Below are positions 18,232 to 27,589 of a DNA stretch of 64,000 bases, piece by piece. The stretch lies in assembly GCA_964640665.1 (NCBI GenBank), contig CAZXHT010000003.1, positions 66,468-130,467 of the forward strand, given 5' to 3'. Source of the stretch: an uncultured Myxococcales bacterium (lineage in GTDB: Bacteria > Myxococcota > B64-G9). Within the stretch, counting starts at the first letter, position 1; each line of letters begins with the position of its first letter. The notes beneath the pieces were generated by a model that worked only from the letters and a program-made list of their open reading frames with translations, was not told the DNA's origin and ran no database searches. Made by a program: the position numbers and the translations under genes.

Positions 18232-20268
18232 ATGTTGAGACACATGTGTCGCCGGGCGGTCTTGACCGGCATTTTTACTTATGCAATCTTTACGACTGGA
18301 TGCGCTTCGACGCTGCTTCTCAAGGACGCCAAATCTCCACAGGCTACGACGAGCGTCCCCGCAACCGGCGAGGCCGCCGTCGTTGCAAAAGCCGCCGATA
18401 TCTCGTCCCTGCCGGCACTGGGACGCGACGATTTCAACCGCCTGGCGGCGTCTTCTGAGATGCCGCTTTTCTGGAGCCGGGACGTTACCAACCCGGGCGT
18501 GCTCGACGCGGACGAGCTTACTCTGCTGGGAGTAGGCACCGACCGCAGGCCTTACGTCGAGCAAGGCAAGCTGACCCCTTTGTTCGCCCGCGCCTACCGC
18601 GCGCTCATCGAACGCCGCCGGCGCGAGGCGGTCAGGCGCGAACTCGACCAGGGACGGGTGACGCTGGTGCATACCGATTTTTCCAAGGCCCCTCCCGCCG
18701 AACGCGAGATCGTACGCCACGTGACGCGCGCCGCGCGGATTATCGAGGAGCTGTTCGCGCTGCAACTCGGATCGTTCGGGCTGCGCAACTGCATGCCGCC
18801 CGGTGACACGTTTTCGCGTGCTCTTTTCCGCCGCAACCAGAGGCCCTGGTGCCAGGCTCCAGCCACTCAGAAAGATCCCTTCTGCAACGCCTGCCCAGAC
18901 TTCGCGGGGCAGTTTTCCGGGCTCTACCCGCCCGACCTGGCCGCCGATCCCGAATTGTGCCGCAAGATCTCCAAGGCGCCCAATGCCGCAGTCTTGCTCG
19001 ATCCCTTCACCGTCGTCAGACGGGGAAAGGCCGGACTGCGAGGCGTGCCCTACAGCCGGGAGTGGCCGGGCCGGATGCACGAGATCGCCGCCGAATTGCG
19101 CGCTGCGGCGGCCGCCTTTCCCGCCGGACAGGAGCAGGCCTTCACGAACTACCTGCTGGCCACGGCCGCGAGCTTCGAGAGCAACAACTGGCAACCAGCC
19201 GACGAGGCCTGGGCGGCCATGAACTCCACCAATTCCCGCTGGTACCTGCGAATAGGCCCGGACGAAGTCTATGAAGATCCGTGCAACCGCAAGGCCATGT
19301 TCCATGTTTCCTTCGCTAAAATCGATCCCGACTCGATCTATTGGCAGGAGCGCCTCACGCCCATACGCAGCGACATGGAAAAAACGCTGGCCGATCTTAT
19401 CGGGCCGGCCTACGCCCCCCGCAAGGTCTCCTTTCACCTGCCGGATTTCATCGAGATCATTCTCAACGCCGGCGACGCCCGCGAGCCGCTCGGTGCAGTG
19501 GTCGGCCAGAGCCTGCCGAACTGGGGCAAGGTGGCGGAAGAGGGCCGGGGCCGCACGGTGGTCATGTCCAACCTTTACTCCGATCCCGATTCGCGGACGA
19601 TCGATCGCGCCCGCGGCGACTCCCTGTTGTCGGCAGAATCCATGCAAGCTTACAGCGACGACAAGCGACTCGGCCTGTTGGACACCATCCTGCACGAGTC
19701 CACCCACAACCTCGGCCCGCACTCCGATTACAAGATCGACGGTAAGCGGCCCGGCGATATCTTCGGCGGACCCATGGCCACCATTATCGAGGAACTCAAG
19801 GCCCAGACCGGCGCGATCTTCTTCACGGGACTGTTGGTAAAAAAAGGTATTCTCAGCGAAGCTGATGCGCGCAAGGTATATAACCACTCGATCCGCTGGG
19901 CCTTCGGCCACGTCTCGCGCGGCATGACCGACGAGGCCGGCCGGCCCAAGCCCTACAGCCAACTGGCGGCCGTCCAGCTGGCCGACTTGGCGCGCGCGGG
20001 AGCCCTTGTCTGGCGGGTTGACTCGACGGCGGCCAACGGGCGCGACCGGGGATGCTTCGTGATCGATTATCAGAAGATCCCCGCTGTGATCGAAACACTC
20101 ATGCAACGGGTGGGATGCATAAAGGCAAAGGGCGATGTCGCCGGCGCCGGGAAGCTGGTCGAATCGGGCGTGCAGAAAGAGGGACTGAGCCTGATCCACG
20201 CCGCTGAGATTGCCGAGCGCGTCAGGCGCTATCCCAAGGCCAGCTTCAGCTACGCTATCAGCTACTGA
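18232..20268 (+). CDS. lipoprotein with zinc-metallopeptidase HExxH motif (ILHESTHNLGPH), family unassigned
   Basis: The signal is MLRH...FTTGCAS with a lipobox. The HExxH motif sits at aa ~480 and Glu-rich segments lie downstream. AGGAGG SD. The antisense 736-aa ORF is low-complexity junk. Confidence 0.55.
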   Translation: MLRHMCRRAVLTGIFTYAIFTTGCASTLLLKDAKSPQATTSVPATGEAAVVAKAADISSLPALGRDDFNRLAASSEMPLFWSRDVTNPGVLDADELTLLGVGTDRRPYVEQGKLTPLFARAYRALIERRRREAVRRELDQGRVTLVHTDFSKAPPAEREIVRHVTRAARIIEELFALQLGSFGLRNCMPPGDTFSRALFRRNQRPWCQAPATQKDPFCNACPDFAGQFSGLYPPDLAADPELCRKISKAPNAAVLLDPFTVVRRGKAGLRGVPYSREWPGRMHEIAAELRAAAAAFPAGQEQAFTNYLLATAASFESNNWQPADEAWAAMNSTNSRWYLRIGPDEVYEDPCNRKAMFHVSFAKIDPDSIYWQERLTPIRSDMEKTLADLIGPAYAPRKVSFHLPDFIEIILNAGDAREPLGAVVGQSLPNWGKVAEEGRGRTVVMSNLYSDPDSRTIDRARGDSLLSAESMQAYSDDKRLGLLDTILHESTHNLGPHSDYKIDGKRPGDIFGGPMATIIEELKAQTGAIFFTGLLVKKGILSEADARKVYNHSIRWAFGHVSRGMTDEAGRPKPYSQLAAVQLADLARAGALVWRVDSTAANGRDRGCFVIDYQKIPAVIETLMQRVGCIKAKGDVAGAGKLVESGVQKEGLSLIHAAEIAERVRRYPKASFSYAISY

Positions 20269-20281
20269 AGGGGAAGCCGCT

Positions 20282-21646
20282 ATGACAAAAAACCTTTCGC
20301 GATCAGGCGCCCTGGCCATCCTGGTCATCGGTCTCCTCCAGGCCGGCCATTCGCTTGCCGGCGGATTCACTATCATCGAGATGGGGGTCAAGAAGACCGG
20401 CATGATGGCCGGGATCGCCAAGCCGGACGATCTCTCCGCCGTCTACCATAACCCGGCCGGACTGGCCGACCAGCACGGCACCCGGCTGCACCTGTCCTCG
20501 GGCTTTTCCTTTGTCCACGCCGAAGCACGTCTCAAGGCCTGGCCCGGAGGCGAGGGCAAATACGGCAGCGAGGATTTCATCGACACCCCGGTGGATGCCG
20601 ACGGTTACTTCGAAGGAACTTACGAACCCACCAAGTATTTCGGCGCCATGCCGATGTTCGTGGCCTCTTCCGACTTCGGCTGGCAGGACGGCCCGGTCTG
20701 GGCGCTGTCTTTCTACGTACCCGACTTCATCGGCGCCTTCATGCCCGAGGACGCCCCGACGCGTTATACGGTAGTAGAGGCGTACTTCGTGGCCGCCGTA
20801 TCGGCAATCAGCGGCGCCTATCGCTTACCCGGACCACTCGATTTCATAACGCTGGGGGCCAGCCTGGGCCTTCAATATGTGCGTATGGAAGGAAGCAAGT
20901 GGTACAACTTCAATCTCTTCGAGCTGAACACCGATCTTAAAATCAAGCAGGTCGGAGAAGACTACCGGCCGTTTTACAACTTCGGCATCTGCGCGGATAT
21001 CCTGCCCCAGGTGACCGTCGGCCTGTCGTTCATCGGCGGAGCCGACGTCACGCTCAAGGGTCGCCTCGAGATCGGCTTCGCCGAAGGTGGAAAAAGAGAT
21101 CCGAGCCTCGACAAAGTGGCAGAGGGATTCATCGGCGCCTATGACATGACACAGACGATGAAGGTTCCCGCCGGAATCAATGCAGGCGTCAACTGGGAGA
21201 TCATCCCGCAACTGGAACTGGCCGTCGATTTCCGCTACTGGTTTTACAGCGTATTCGAGTCTCAGAATGTCTACCACAATATCCCCGGCGGCCTGTTGCC
21301 GAACCCGCTCGTGACTCCGAAAAACTATGAAGATTCCTGGACCATCTCCCTCGGCCTGCTCGGCCGGCCGTTCTCCTTTCCCCTCGAACTGATGGGCGGC
21401 TGGACCTACGATCATTCTCCGGCCCCCAACCAGACCAGGAGCCTCGAAAGTCCTACGGTCAACCTGACCGGCTTCGCCCTGGGAGCGCGCTACACGTTGT
21501 TCGACAGGTGGAGGTTCTCGCTGACTTACTATCGTTACTGGTACCTGAAAGACACCATCGACAACTCGATCCTGGTACCGCCACAGAACTCGATCTTCTC
21601 GGGCAGCGTCGATTCTTTCTCGGTCGAGACCGAGGTCGTTTTCTGA
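20282..21646 (+). CDS. FadL/TodX-family outer-membrane transporter for hydrophobic compounds
   Basis: The signal peptide is MTKNLSRSGALAILVIGLLQAGHSLA. A FadL-like N-terminal hatch (GGFTIIEMGVKKTGMMAGIA...VYHNPAGLA) is present and the protein ends with C-terminal Phe (ETEVVF). Confidence 0.6.
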   Translation: MTKNLSRSGALAILVIGLLQAGHSLAGGFTIIEMGVKKTGMMAGIAKPDDLSAVYHNPAGLADQHGTRLHLSSGFSFVHAEARLKAWPGGEGKYGSEDFIDTPVDADGYFEGTYEPTKYFGAMPMFVASSDFGWQDGPVWALSFYVPDFIGAFMPEDAPTRYTVVEAYFVAAVSAISGAYRLPGPLDFITLGASLGLQYVRMEGSKWYNFNLFELNTDLKIKQVGEDYRPFYNFGICADILPQVTVGLSFIGGADVTLKGRLEIGFAEGGKRDPSLDKVAEGFIGAYDMTQTMKVPAGINAGVNWEIIPQLELAVDFRYWFYSVFESQNVYHNIPGGLLPNPLVTPKNYEDSWTISLGLLGRPFSFPLELMGGWTYDHSPAPNQTRSLESPTVNLTGFALGARYTLFDRWRFSLTYYRYWYLKDTIDNSILVPPQNSIFSGSVDSFSVETEVVF

Positions 21647-21660
21647 AAAGGAGATCGACA

Positions 21661-22662
21661 ATGAGACGAATTTCAACCTTCGGTTTTTGTGTCGCGGCCG
21701 TCATTCTGACGGGCGGCTGTTCTCTCTTCGGCGACAAGAAGGACGAGGCCAAGCCGCAGCCGCCAAAGGCACAGGCTAAGCCGGTTTCCGCCTGGGACCA
21801 GAAGATCGGCTCGGCCGGGATCGACGCCCATGCCGATCGGATCGGGGCGGCCTCGATCGGCACCCTGGCCATGGGCGGTCCGTCATCCTCGCCCAAGATC
21901 GCAGACTACCTGGCCGACCCCAGCCCCAAGGTGCGCGCGAAGGCCATCCGCACGCTGGCCAAGTTCGGAAAAAAAGCCGAACCGGCTTTACCGAAAATAT
22001 TCGGGCTGGCCCGTAACGTCGAGGCGGGCATCCGGGCCGCCGCGCTCAAGGCGCTCGTATATATAGGCCATCCCGCCGCGGTCGACTGCCTGGAGCGTGC
22101 CAGCGATGACAAATCACCGGCGGTTCGCATCTGGGCGCTTGCCGGCCTGGGCCGGCTCGGAAAAGACTGCCAGGACAACATGGAGGCGGTGGCCGGGTTG
22201 TTAAAAAGCACCCCGGATGAAGCAGCCGAAGCGCTCGGACTGATGAAGTGCGCCGACAAGGATGTCATCGAGAGGTTGTTAGAAGATCTCGGTTCCGGCG
22301 ACGAGCGCGTCAGTGCAGCCGCGGCCAGGGCCATCGGGCACATCGGGCAGCCCGCGGCTGCGGCCGTGCCGCGCCTGATGCAGGCCATGGAGAGCAAGTC
22401 GGTCAGGGTCAGGCAGGCGGCCTTGCTGGCGCTTGCCAAAATGGGGCCCCGGGCGGCCGCTGCCGTGCCGCTGCTTACCCAGATGCTATCCGATCCGGCT
22501 CCGCGTTTCCGCGAACTGGCCGCCCACGCCCTGGGCTCGATAGGCGCGGCTGCACGCTCTGCCACGGGAGAACTCGAACACCTGTCTCTCGACCCCGAGG
22601 CAACCGTCCAGGCGGCCGCCGAGAGAGCGCTTGCAAAGATCAGGGGAAAGGGCGCCAAGTGA
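21661..22662 (+). CDS. HEAT/PBS-lyase-repeat lipoprotein
   Basis: Lipobox LTGGCS. It has repeated DPSPKVRAKAIRTLAKFG / SPAVRIWALAGLGRLG / SVRVRQAALLALAKMG units typical of PBS-lyase HEAT-like repeats. Confidence 0.6.
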   Translation: MRRISTFGFCVAAVILTGGCSLFGDKKDEAKPQPPKAQAKPVSAWDQKIGSAGIDAHADRIGAASIGTLAMGGPSSSPKIADYLADPSPKVRAKAIRTLAKFGKKAEPALPKIFGLARNVEAGIRAAALKALVYIGHPAAVDCLERASDDKSPAVRIWALAGLGRLGKDCQDNMEAVAGLLKSTPDEAAEALGLMKCADKDVIERLLEDLGSGDERVSAAAARAIGHIGQPAAAAVPRLMQAMESKSVRVRQAALLALAKMGPRAAAAVPLLTQMLSDPAPRFRELAAHALGSIGAAARSATGELEHLSLDPEATVQAAAERALAKIRGKGAK

Positions 22663-23051
22663 GGCGCTTCGTGCTCCTGATAGCGTGCGCGGCCACAGCG
22701 CTTCTTCAGACCGCAGCCTGCGACAGGAGCCGCCTGAGCGGCGGCAGCCCCGATGCCGCCGCGCATGGAGCCGACGTCGATCCGATGGAGTTCGTGATTC
22801 TTCACGCTCAGCAGATGAATACAATCATCCGGGACCACCCCGGCGACTGCGAGGGATGCCTGGCCCAACTGCTGCGCTACGTAGCCGACAACCGGCGCTC
22901 ATTTCTGGAGACTCCGGTCAAGAAGGGCAGCGCGCGGGACGCCCTTCCCTCGGCCGGCGAGGAAGCAACCCGCCTGCTGATGGGTTTCGCAGGCTCCTGT
23001 CCCGCGCAGACGGCGCGCCTCAACCAGGCGTTGCATGCGCTGGCCGATTGA
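22659..23051 (+). CDS. small hypothetical lipoprotein
   Basis: The GTG start overlaps the upstream TGA. The signal is VRRFVLLIACAATALLQTAAC. No known domain. Confidence 0.4.
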   Translation: MRRFVLLIACAATALLQTAACDRSRLSGGSPDAAAHGADVDPMEFVILHAQQMNTIIRDHPGDCEGCLAQLLRYVADNRRSFLETPVKKGSARDALPSAGEEATRLLMGFAGSCPAQTARLNQALHALAD

Positions 23052-23283
23052 ATTGGCTGACCTGATTAGAAGCTGACACCTCGACCCATCCGGGGCAATC
23101 TTTCTAAAACAGCAACATTCGGCTTTCGATCCGGTCGAGGACGGCGGCAGCCAACGTCGCATCGCCCAGGTATTTGCCCCAGGCCCACGTCATTGATCAC
23201 CAACAGCGAGGGCCGGCAAAAACCGGAAGGCGAGAGAGCAGACCCTTGTGCTCGAAGATTGGCAAATAGGTCTGAAAACGGGG

Positions 23284-23312
23284 TTGACGGGTGGTACTGT
23301 ATGTAGTACTAT
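23284..23312 (+). promoter_or_regulatory. sigma70-like promoter (TTGACG-17 nt-TACTAT) with overlapping palindrome GTACT-N6-AGTAC, upstream of hicA
   Basis: TTGACG at 23284-23289, a 17-nt spacer and TACTAT at 23307-23312. An inverted repeat at 23294-23309 lies across the spacer and -10 element, consistent with a toxin-antitoxin autorepression operator. Confidence 0.45.
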
Positions 23313-23400
23313 GAACATGTGCAGATTGAGAGACAACTACCGGATTTCACAATTAGCCGACCTCTAACCCATGGAAGGGAAGGAGAATGGAGACGAGCAT

Positions 23401-23655
23401 ATGAGCAAAAGCATCAAGAAAATTCTAAAACAGATGGAGGAGAATCCAGGTAATGTTCGTTTCGATGATCTATTCAAGGTGTGTGACAAATCCTTCGGCG
23501 AGTGCCGGCAGAAGGGAACCAGCCACCGAGTGTACAAGACACCCTGGCAAGGAGACCCGAGAGTGAACATCCAAGAAGGAAAAGACGGCAAGGCGAGGAA
23601 GTACCAGGTGAAGCAGGTATTGAAAGCAATCGAGAAACTGAAAATGGAGAAGTAA
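23401..23655 (+). CDS. hicA: HicA-family mRNA-interferase toxin (type II TA)
   Basis: A small basic protein with a KGTSHRVYKTPW block like the HicA GSHH motif. Local GC (~45 %) is far below the contig GC. Confidence 0.6.
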   Translation: MSKSIKKILKQMEENPGNVRFDDLFKVCDKSFGECRQKGTSHRVYKTPWQGDPRVNIQEGKDGKARKYQVKQVLKAIEKLKMEK

Positions 23656-23705
23656 ATCGAATTGATATTGTTCGTTGAATACTATTTATATCGAGGTACA
23701 TTGAA

Positions 23706-24050
23706 ATGGGTAAGTCACTTACATTGAAAGATTTCGCATCCAAGTATGCATATCGAGTTATCTGGTCTGAAGACGACAAGGAGTTCGTGGGTCTCTGCAC
23801 GGAGTTCCCTAGCTGCAGCTGGCTTGCGGGTTCTCACGAGGAGGCATTGAAGGAAATCAAGAAGCTGATCTATGACATCGTCAAGGACATGGACAAAAAC
23901 GGAGAACAAATTCCGAAGCCTCTGTCCCTGAAAGAATTCAGCGGGAAGATGGTGGTTCGTATGCCCCCTGAGGTCCACCGCAAGCTGGTCATGGAGGCCC
24001 GGGAAAAAGGCGTATCCATCAATATGCTGATCAACTCGAAACTGGGGTGA
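23706..24050 (+). CDS. hicB: HicB-family antitoxin with C-terminal ribbon-helix-helix DNA-binding domain
   Basis: The N-terminal HicB-like RNase-H-fold region is EFVGLCTEFPSCSWLAGSHEEALKEIKKLIYDIV. The C-terminal RHH is MPPEVHRKLVMEAREKGVSINMLINSKL. It lies immediately downstream of hicA. Confidence 0.65.
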   Translation: MGKSLTLKDFASKYAYRVIWSEDDKEFVGLCTEFPSCSWLAGSHEEALKEIKKLIYDIVKDMDKNGEQIPKPLSLKEFSGKMVVRMPPEVHRKLVMEAREKGVSINMLINSKLG

Positions 24051-24077
24051 GAGTCAGGTCACGTTCGGCTGACTTGA

Positions 24078-24833
24078 CTACTCCTTTTTAAGCCGCTTGC
24101 GAAACTCATCGGCGCTGAAGAGACCTTTATCGACCATCAAGCGCACTACTGAGCGGATGATCCGCTCGGCTTTGTGCTGGTACTCGAGCAACTTGTCCAG
24201 ACGCTGTAACTGCTCCGGGGAGTTGGAAGCATGGTCTGCGGCAACGGGAGCGAACTGCGGCTTGATGTCCTTGGTATGCTTGACGGTGGTCTTTCCGGCC
24301 AGGTCGGTGATCTTGAACTCTTGTTCGGCCTCCTCGTCCTCCGAGAGGGACAGGTCGATAGCTCCGACCACGAAAGGGCTTTCCTCCTTGATCTGGTCGG
24401 CATAGCGCGCCTGCACGTGCTTTTTTATGTCGCTGGGATTGCCGACAAGCGGGCGAATCTCCAGGCCGCTCTCGGCCCGGGCCGCGTTGCACACATCGAT
24501 GTCGGTGGGGTCGGCCATTGCCAGCCAAAGCGTCTTTCCCGCATCCCTGACGGCGCAGGGATAGACGCAGCGACTGGAGCAGAACTCTCCCGACAGACGC
24601 TGGAGGGCATCGAGGTCGGGCTTCATCTTCGCTAAAGACACGCTGGAGAAACCCGTGACCTTCGAGAGAATGGCGGCCATCCTGGCCTCGGACACGTAGC
24701 CCAACTCGAGCACGGCCGAGTGAAACCTGCCGCCCCGCTGGCCCAGGTGGTCGAGTACGCTCTGGTGTTGAAATTGATCCAGCAACCCCTGGGCGCGCAG
24801 CAGCCTGGCTATCTGGGAGTCGATCTTGTTCAT
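24078..24833 (-). CDS. protein with GspE/PilB N-terminal (T2SSE_N / MshEN-like) domain
   Basis: The N-terminal block IARLLRAQGLLDQFQHQSVLDHLGQRGGRFHSAVLELGYVSEARMAAILSK resembles T2SS protein E N-terminal domains. There is no ATPase domain. The C-terminus is acidic and coiled. Confidence 0.4.
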   Translation of the reverse strand: MNKIDSQIARLLRAQGLLDQFQHQSVLDHLGQRGGRFHSAVLELGYVSEARMAAILSKVTGFSSVSLAKMKPDLDALQRLSGEFCSSRCVYPCAVRDAGKTLWLAMADPTDIDVCNAARAESGLEIRPLVGNPSDIKKHVQARYADQIKEESPFVVGAIDLSLSEDEEAEQEFKITDLAGKTTVKHTKDIKPQFAPVAADHASNSPEQLQRLDKLLEYQHKAERIIRSVVRLMVDKGLFSADEFRKRLKKE

Positions 24834-24868
24834 GCCGGCATCCGGAGTATCCCCAGCGGGAGCATGCT

Positions 24869-25552
24869 TCAGTCAATCAGCCGCAGTTCGTTGCTCAACT
24901 CGTTCACATCTCCCGGCTCGATCGGGAAGTGCTCGGCCAGGATCTCGCCGCAGCGCCTGATGCCGGCCACCACCCCGTCCGCCGCCTTGCCCCGCCTGAT
25001 CCCTGAGATTATCAGATCGCGCACAGCCTGCCAGGCGTCATCAGTCAGCTTCTCCGAGATCGCCCGGTCGCCGGTGACGCGCACCATTCGCTCGTACAGG
25101 GACAGGTAAATCATGATGCCCGTAGTCTGCCTTGTGCCTCGTAAACCGTGCTCGAAAAAAGCGCGCCCGGCCGCGCGCTCGACCTCGCGCGACATCTGGC
25201 CGCGCGGAATGAACAGCCTGCGTAGAACTCCCACCCGACCGGCCAGCCCGGCGCCCAGGATGAAGAACGCGACTGCCAGCACGATGCCGGCCAGAAGCTC
25301 GACCCAGGATACCCGCAGCGCTCCTTCCGACCACTCGCCCGGCCCGCCGGACGGCAACAAGAGCCACCAGCCGACAACCAGCGAGGCAAACGCCAGCCAC
25401 AACCCGAAAATGTCCTCGGCGCGGTCGTAATCGCCGGAGGCCGTCGCCACGACGGGCACGATTTCTCCCGAGGTACTTTTCTCCGCCTCGGCCACCGATT
25501 GTTCGATGCGTGTCCGTTCCGCTTCTGTGAAGAACTTGCTTGCCCGTCGCAT
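24869..25552 (-). CDS. TPM-domain membrane protein (YgcG partner type)
   Basis: The N-terminal block TEAERTRIEQSVAEAEKSTSGEIVPVVATASGD is a TPM-like motif. TM helices and a C-terminal coiled region follow. Confidence 0.45.
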   Translation of the reverse strand: MRRASKFFTEAERTRIEQSVAEAEKSTSGEIVPVVATASGDYDRAEDIFGLWLAFASLVVGWWLLLPSGGPGEWSEGALRVSWVELLAGIVLAVAFFILGAGLAGRVGVLRRLFIPRGQMSREVERAAGRAFFEHGLRGTRQTTGIMIYLSLYERMVRVTGDRAISEKLTDDAWQAVRDLIISGIRRGKAADGVVAGIRRCGEILAEHFPIEPGDVNELSNELRLID

Positions 25553-25562
25553 GGCAAACTCC

Positions 25563-26408
25563 CTACCAGCTTCCGGTGGCGCCGCCCCCGCCGGAGAAGC
25601 CCCCGCCGAAAGACCCTCCGCCGAAGCCGCCACGCCGGGAGGTTAGCATGTGATAGAGGAGGAACCCGACAATACTGAAGACCACCCCCCAGAACAGCCA
25701 GGCCCAGCCGCTGGATCCGCGCCGCACCAGGGAAACGATCGTGAAGATGCCCATGCCGATGAACCCGATCAACAACAGGTAATGCCAGGCCGGCCGCGGG
25801 ACGCTCGGCAGCTTCTTCTCGCGCACCATGGCGCTCAGGGCCTCGACCCCGGCGCGAATGCCCGCGGAGAACTCGCCGCGCTTGAACGAAGCGACGATGT
25901 AATCCTGCATTATCGTGTTGCAGGCATCGTCCTTGTCGCGGGCCCAGTCGGCGCCCAATTCGATCCGGGCCTTGCGATCGGCCTTCGACACCAGCAGCAG
26001 CACTCCCAGGTTGCGGGCAACTTTCTTCCCGCCGACGTCAACCGTCGGGTGCCCTATGCCCCAATCGTCGAAAAGGGCCCGGGCGTACTGCTCGATCGAC
26101 ATGCCGGCCGCCCTGTACCGGCTCATGCGCTCGATGGTCACGACGACGATCGGAACGGCCGTCTCGTTGAGCGTCTTCTCGATCGTGCCGCGGATTTTTA
26201 CGAAGTCGGTTCCCGCGATCATGTCCGCTTCGTCAGCGATCGCCACCCGCGAATGGGGCTTATTGGGAAACACGGCTTGCGGAGACGATCGCGCGGGGAC
26301 GCAAACCGCCGCCAACAACACCAGGGCCAACCAGGGTGCCCGGCGGCCTGCGCGTGAAGACGATCCGATCATCAACAGAGCATCAACCAAAACCACCGTC
26401 CATGTCAA
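25563..26408 (-). CDS. TPM-domain protein (YgcG-like) with C-terminal Gly-rich tail
   Basis: There is a signal peptide and a TPM-fold block (GTIEKTLNETAVPIVVVTIERMS...LLLVSKADRKARIELG). A TM segment and a GGGSFGGGFSGGGGATGSW tail typical of YgcG follow. Confidence 0.55.
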   Translation of the reverse strand: MTWTVVLVDALLMIGSSSRAGRRAPWLALVLLAAVCVPARSSPQAVFPNKPHSRVAIADEADMIAGTDFVKIRGTIEKTLNETAVPIVVVTIERMSRYRAAGMSIEQYARALFDDWGIGHPTVDVGGKKVARNLGVLLLVSKADRKARIELGADWARDKDDACNTIMQDYIVASFKRGEFSAGIRAGVEALSAMVREKKLPSVPRPAWHYLLLIGFIGMGIFTIVSLVRRGSSGWAWLFWGVVFSIVGFLLYHMLTSRRGGFGGGSFGGGFSGGGGATGSW

Positions 26409-26445
26409 TCTTGACCTGCCTTGCGGTTGCTGTTAACGTGAAATG

Positions 26446-26704
26446 CATGGAAACCAGCTCGAAAAACGAACTCGCGCTCGGCTTCTTGGAAGAGTTGGGC
26501 CGGATGAAACCGGAACGCCTGCGCCAGATCATAGAAACCACCGTTGGCGAGAAATTGGCCGCCACCCTGTTCGAGTATGCCCGCAAGGTGATCCAGGCGG
26601 ATGCTTCCAAGATCATGGAGAATGCCTCGTCGCTTTTGATCCTGGGCTACCTGATCAAGGTTCACGAGGATGGCGCCATCCCCCCGGAAAATCCACCCGC
26701 ATGA
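26446..26704 (+). CDS. small hypothetical protein (85 aa)
   Basis: The ATG at 26446 lies within ORF 26336..26704 and the codon bias is coding-like. No family recognised. Confidence 0.35.
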
Positions 26705-26716
26705 ACTTCGGGCGAT

Positions 26717-27589
26717 TCAACCGATAACGGGGAAACGCCGCTTGGCGGCCAACTCGTCCACCGCTTTTTGCATGCCCCCGGTGACCCTGCGGTAGATCTC
26801 GTCCACCGCCAGTGGATTCCCAACGTCACTCGGTTGATAGCCGTCAAGCGACACGGGATCCAGAAAGCGAACCTGGCTCCTGGCCGGCAAGGGCAGGTGG
26901 AAGATCGGTCCGAAGCCCACCCCCCAGGGAAGGCCCAGGAAGAGAGCGCATGTCTCCGAGCGAAGAAGTTTTTTCAGATGTAATATCCGGGCGAGTCGTT
27001 GCCCGTCCCGCAGGACAAAGAATGTCTCGTGTCCACCCACCAGCACCACCGGCACGATCGGCACATGCTCGCGCAGCGCCAGGCGGACGAACCCCTTTTT
27101 GCCGCCGAAGGTAATCTTGTAGCGATTGCGATAAGGGCGAAAGGCCTCGAGATTTCCGCCGGGAAACACGACCACCTTCTTGCCTCTCCTGAGCAGCTTG
27201 TTGGCGGTCTCGTGCGAGGCGCGCACGCAGCCGGTGCGAATCAGGAAGGTGCGCAGCATGGGCAAGGCGACCATGGCGTCGTGTACCAGAAAGTGTAAGG
27301 TGTCGTTCATGCCGCGTTCGAGGTACCAGCGCGCCCCCAGGCCGATGGGCTCGAGGAAGGTGATTCCGGCATTGTGGTTGCCAACGACCAGGGCCGGCCC
27401 ACGCGGCACACCATCCATGCCCTCGACTTCCATGCGGAAATAGAAGCGACTCAGGGAATCTATGGCCGGAGCAAGCAGGTGGATGAATTCGGTGTCGATG
27501 CCCTCCACCTGGTCGGGATCGGAGGACGCCAGCATTGCCGACGTCACCGTCCGCAGGCTCTCGATACTCAACAACCGTTGCCCAACCAT
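26717..27589 (-). CDS. lysophospholipid/glycerolipid acyltransferase (PlsC-like family)
   Basis: It has an NHxxxxD-type motif variant (VGNHNAGITFLEP), a downstream FPGG block and an RxGxxxVPIVPV region typical of the acyltransferase family. Confidence 0.55.
   Translation of the reverse strand: MVGQRLLSIESLRTVTSAMLASSDPDQVEGIDTEFIHLLAPAIDSLSRFYFRMEVEGMDGVPRGPALVVGNHNAGITFLEPIGLGARWYLERGMNDTLHFLVHDAMVALPMLRTFLIRTGCVRASHETANKLLRRGKKVVVFPGGNLEAFRPYRNRYKITFGGKKGFVRLALREHVPIVPVVLVGGHETFFVLRDGQRLARILHLKKLLRSETCALFLGLPWGVGFGPIFHLPLPARSQVRFLDPVSLDGYQPSDVGNPLAVDEIYRRVTGGMQKAVDELAAKRRFPVIG

Noticed and set aside
18211-20421. 736-aa minus-strand ORF antisense to the HExxH lipoprotein
   Set aside because: It is Arg/Gly/Ala/Pro-rich and low-complexity, the typical antisense artefact of a high-GC gene. 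The plus-strand ORF has normal amino-acid composition, a lipobox and an SD.
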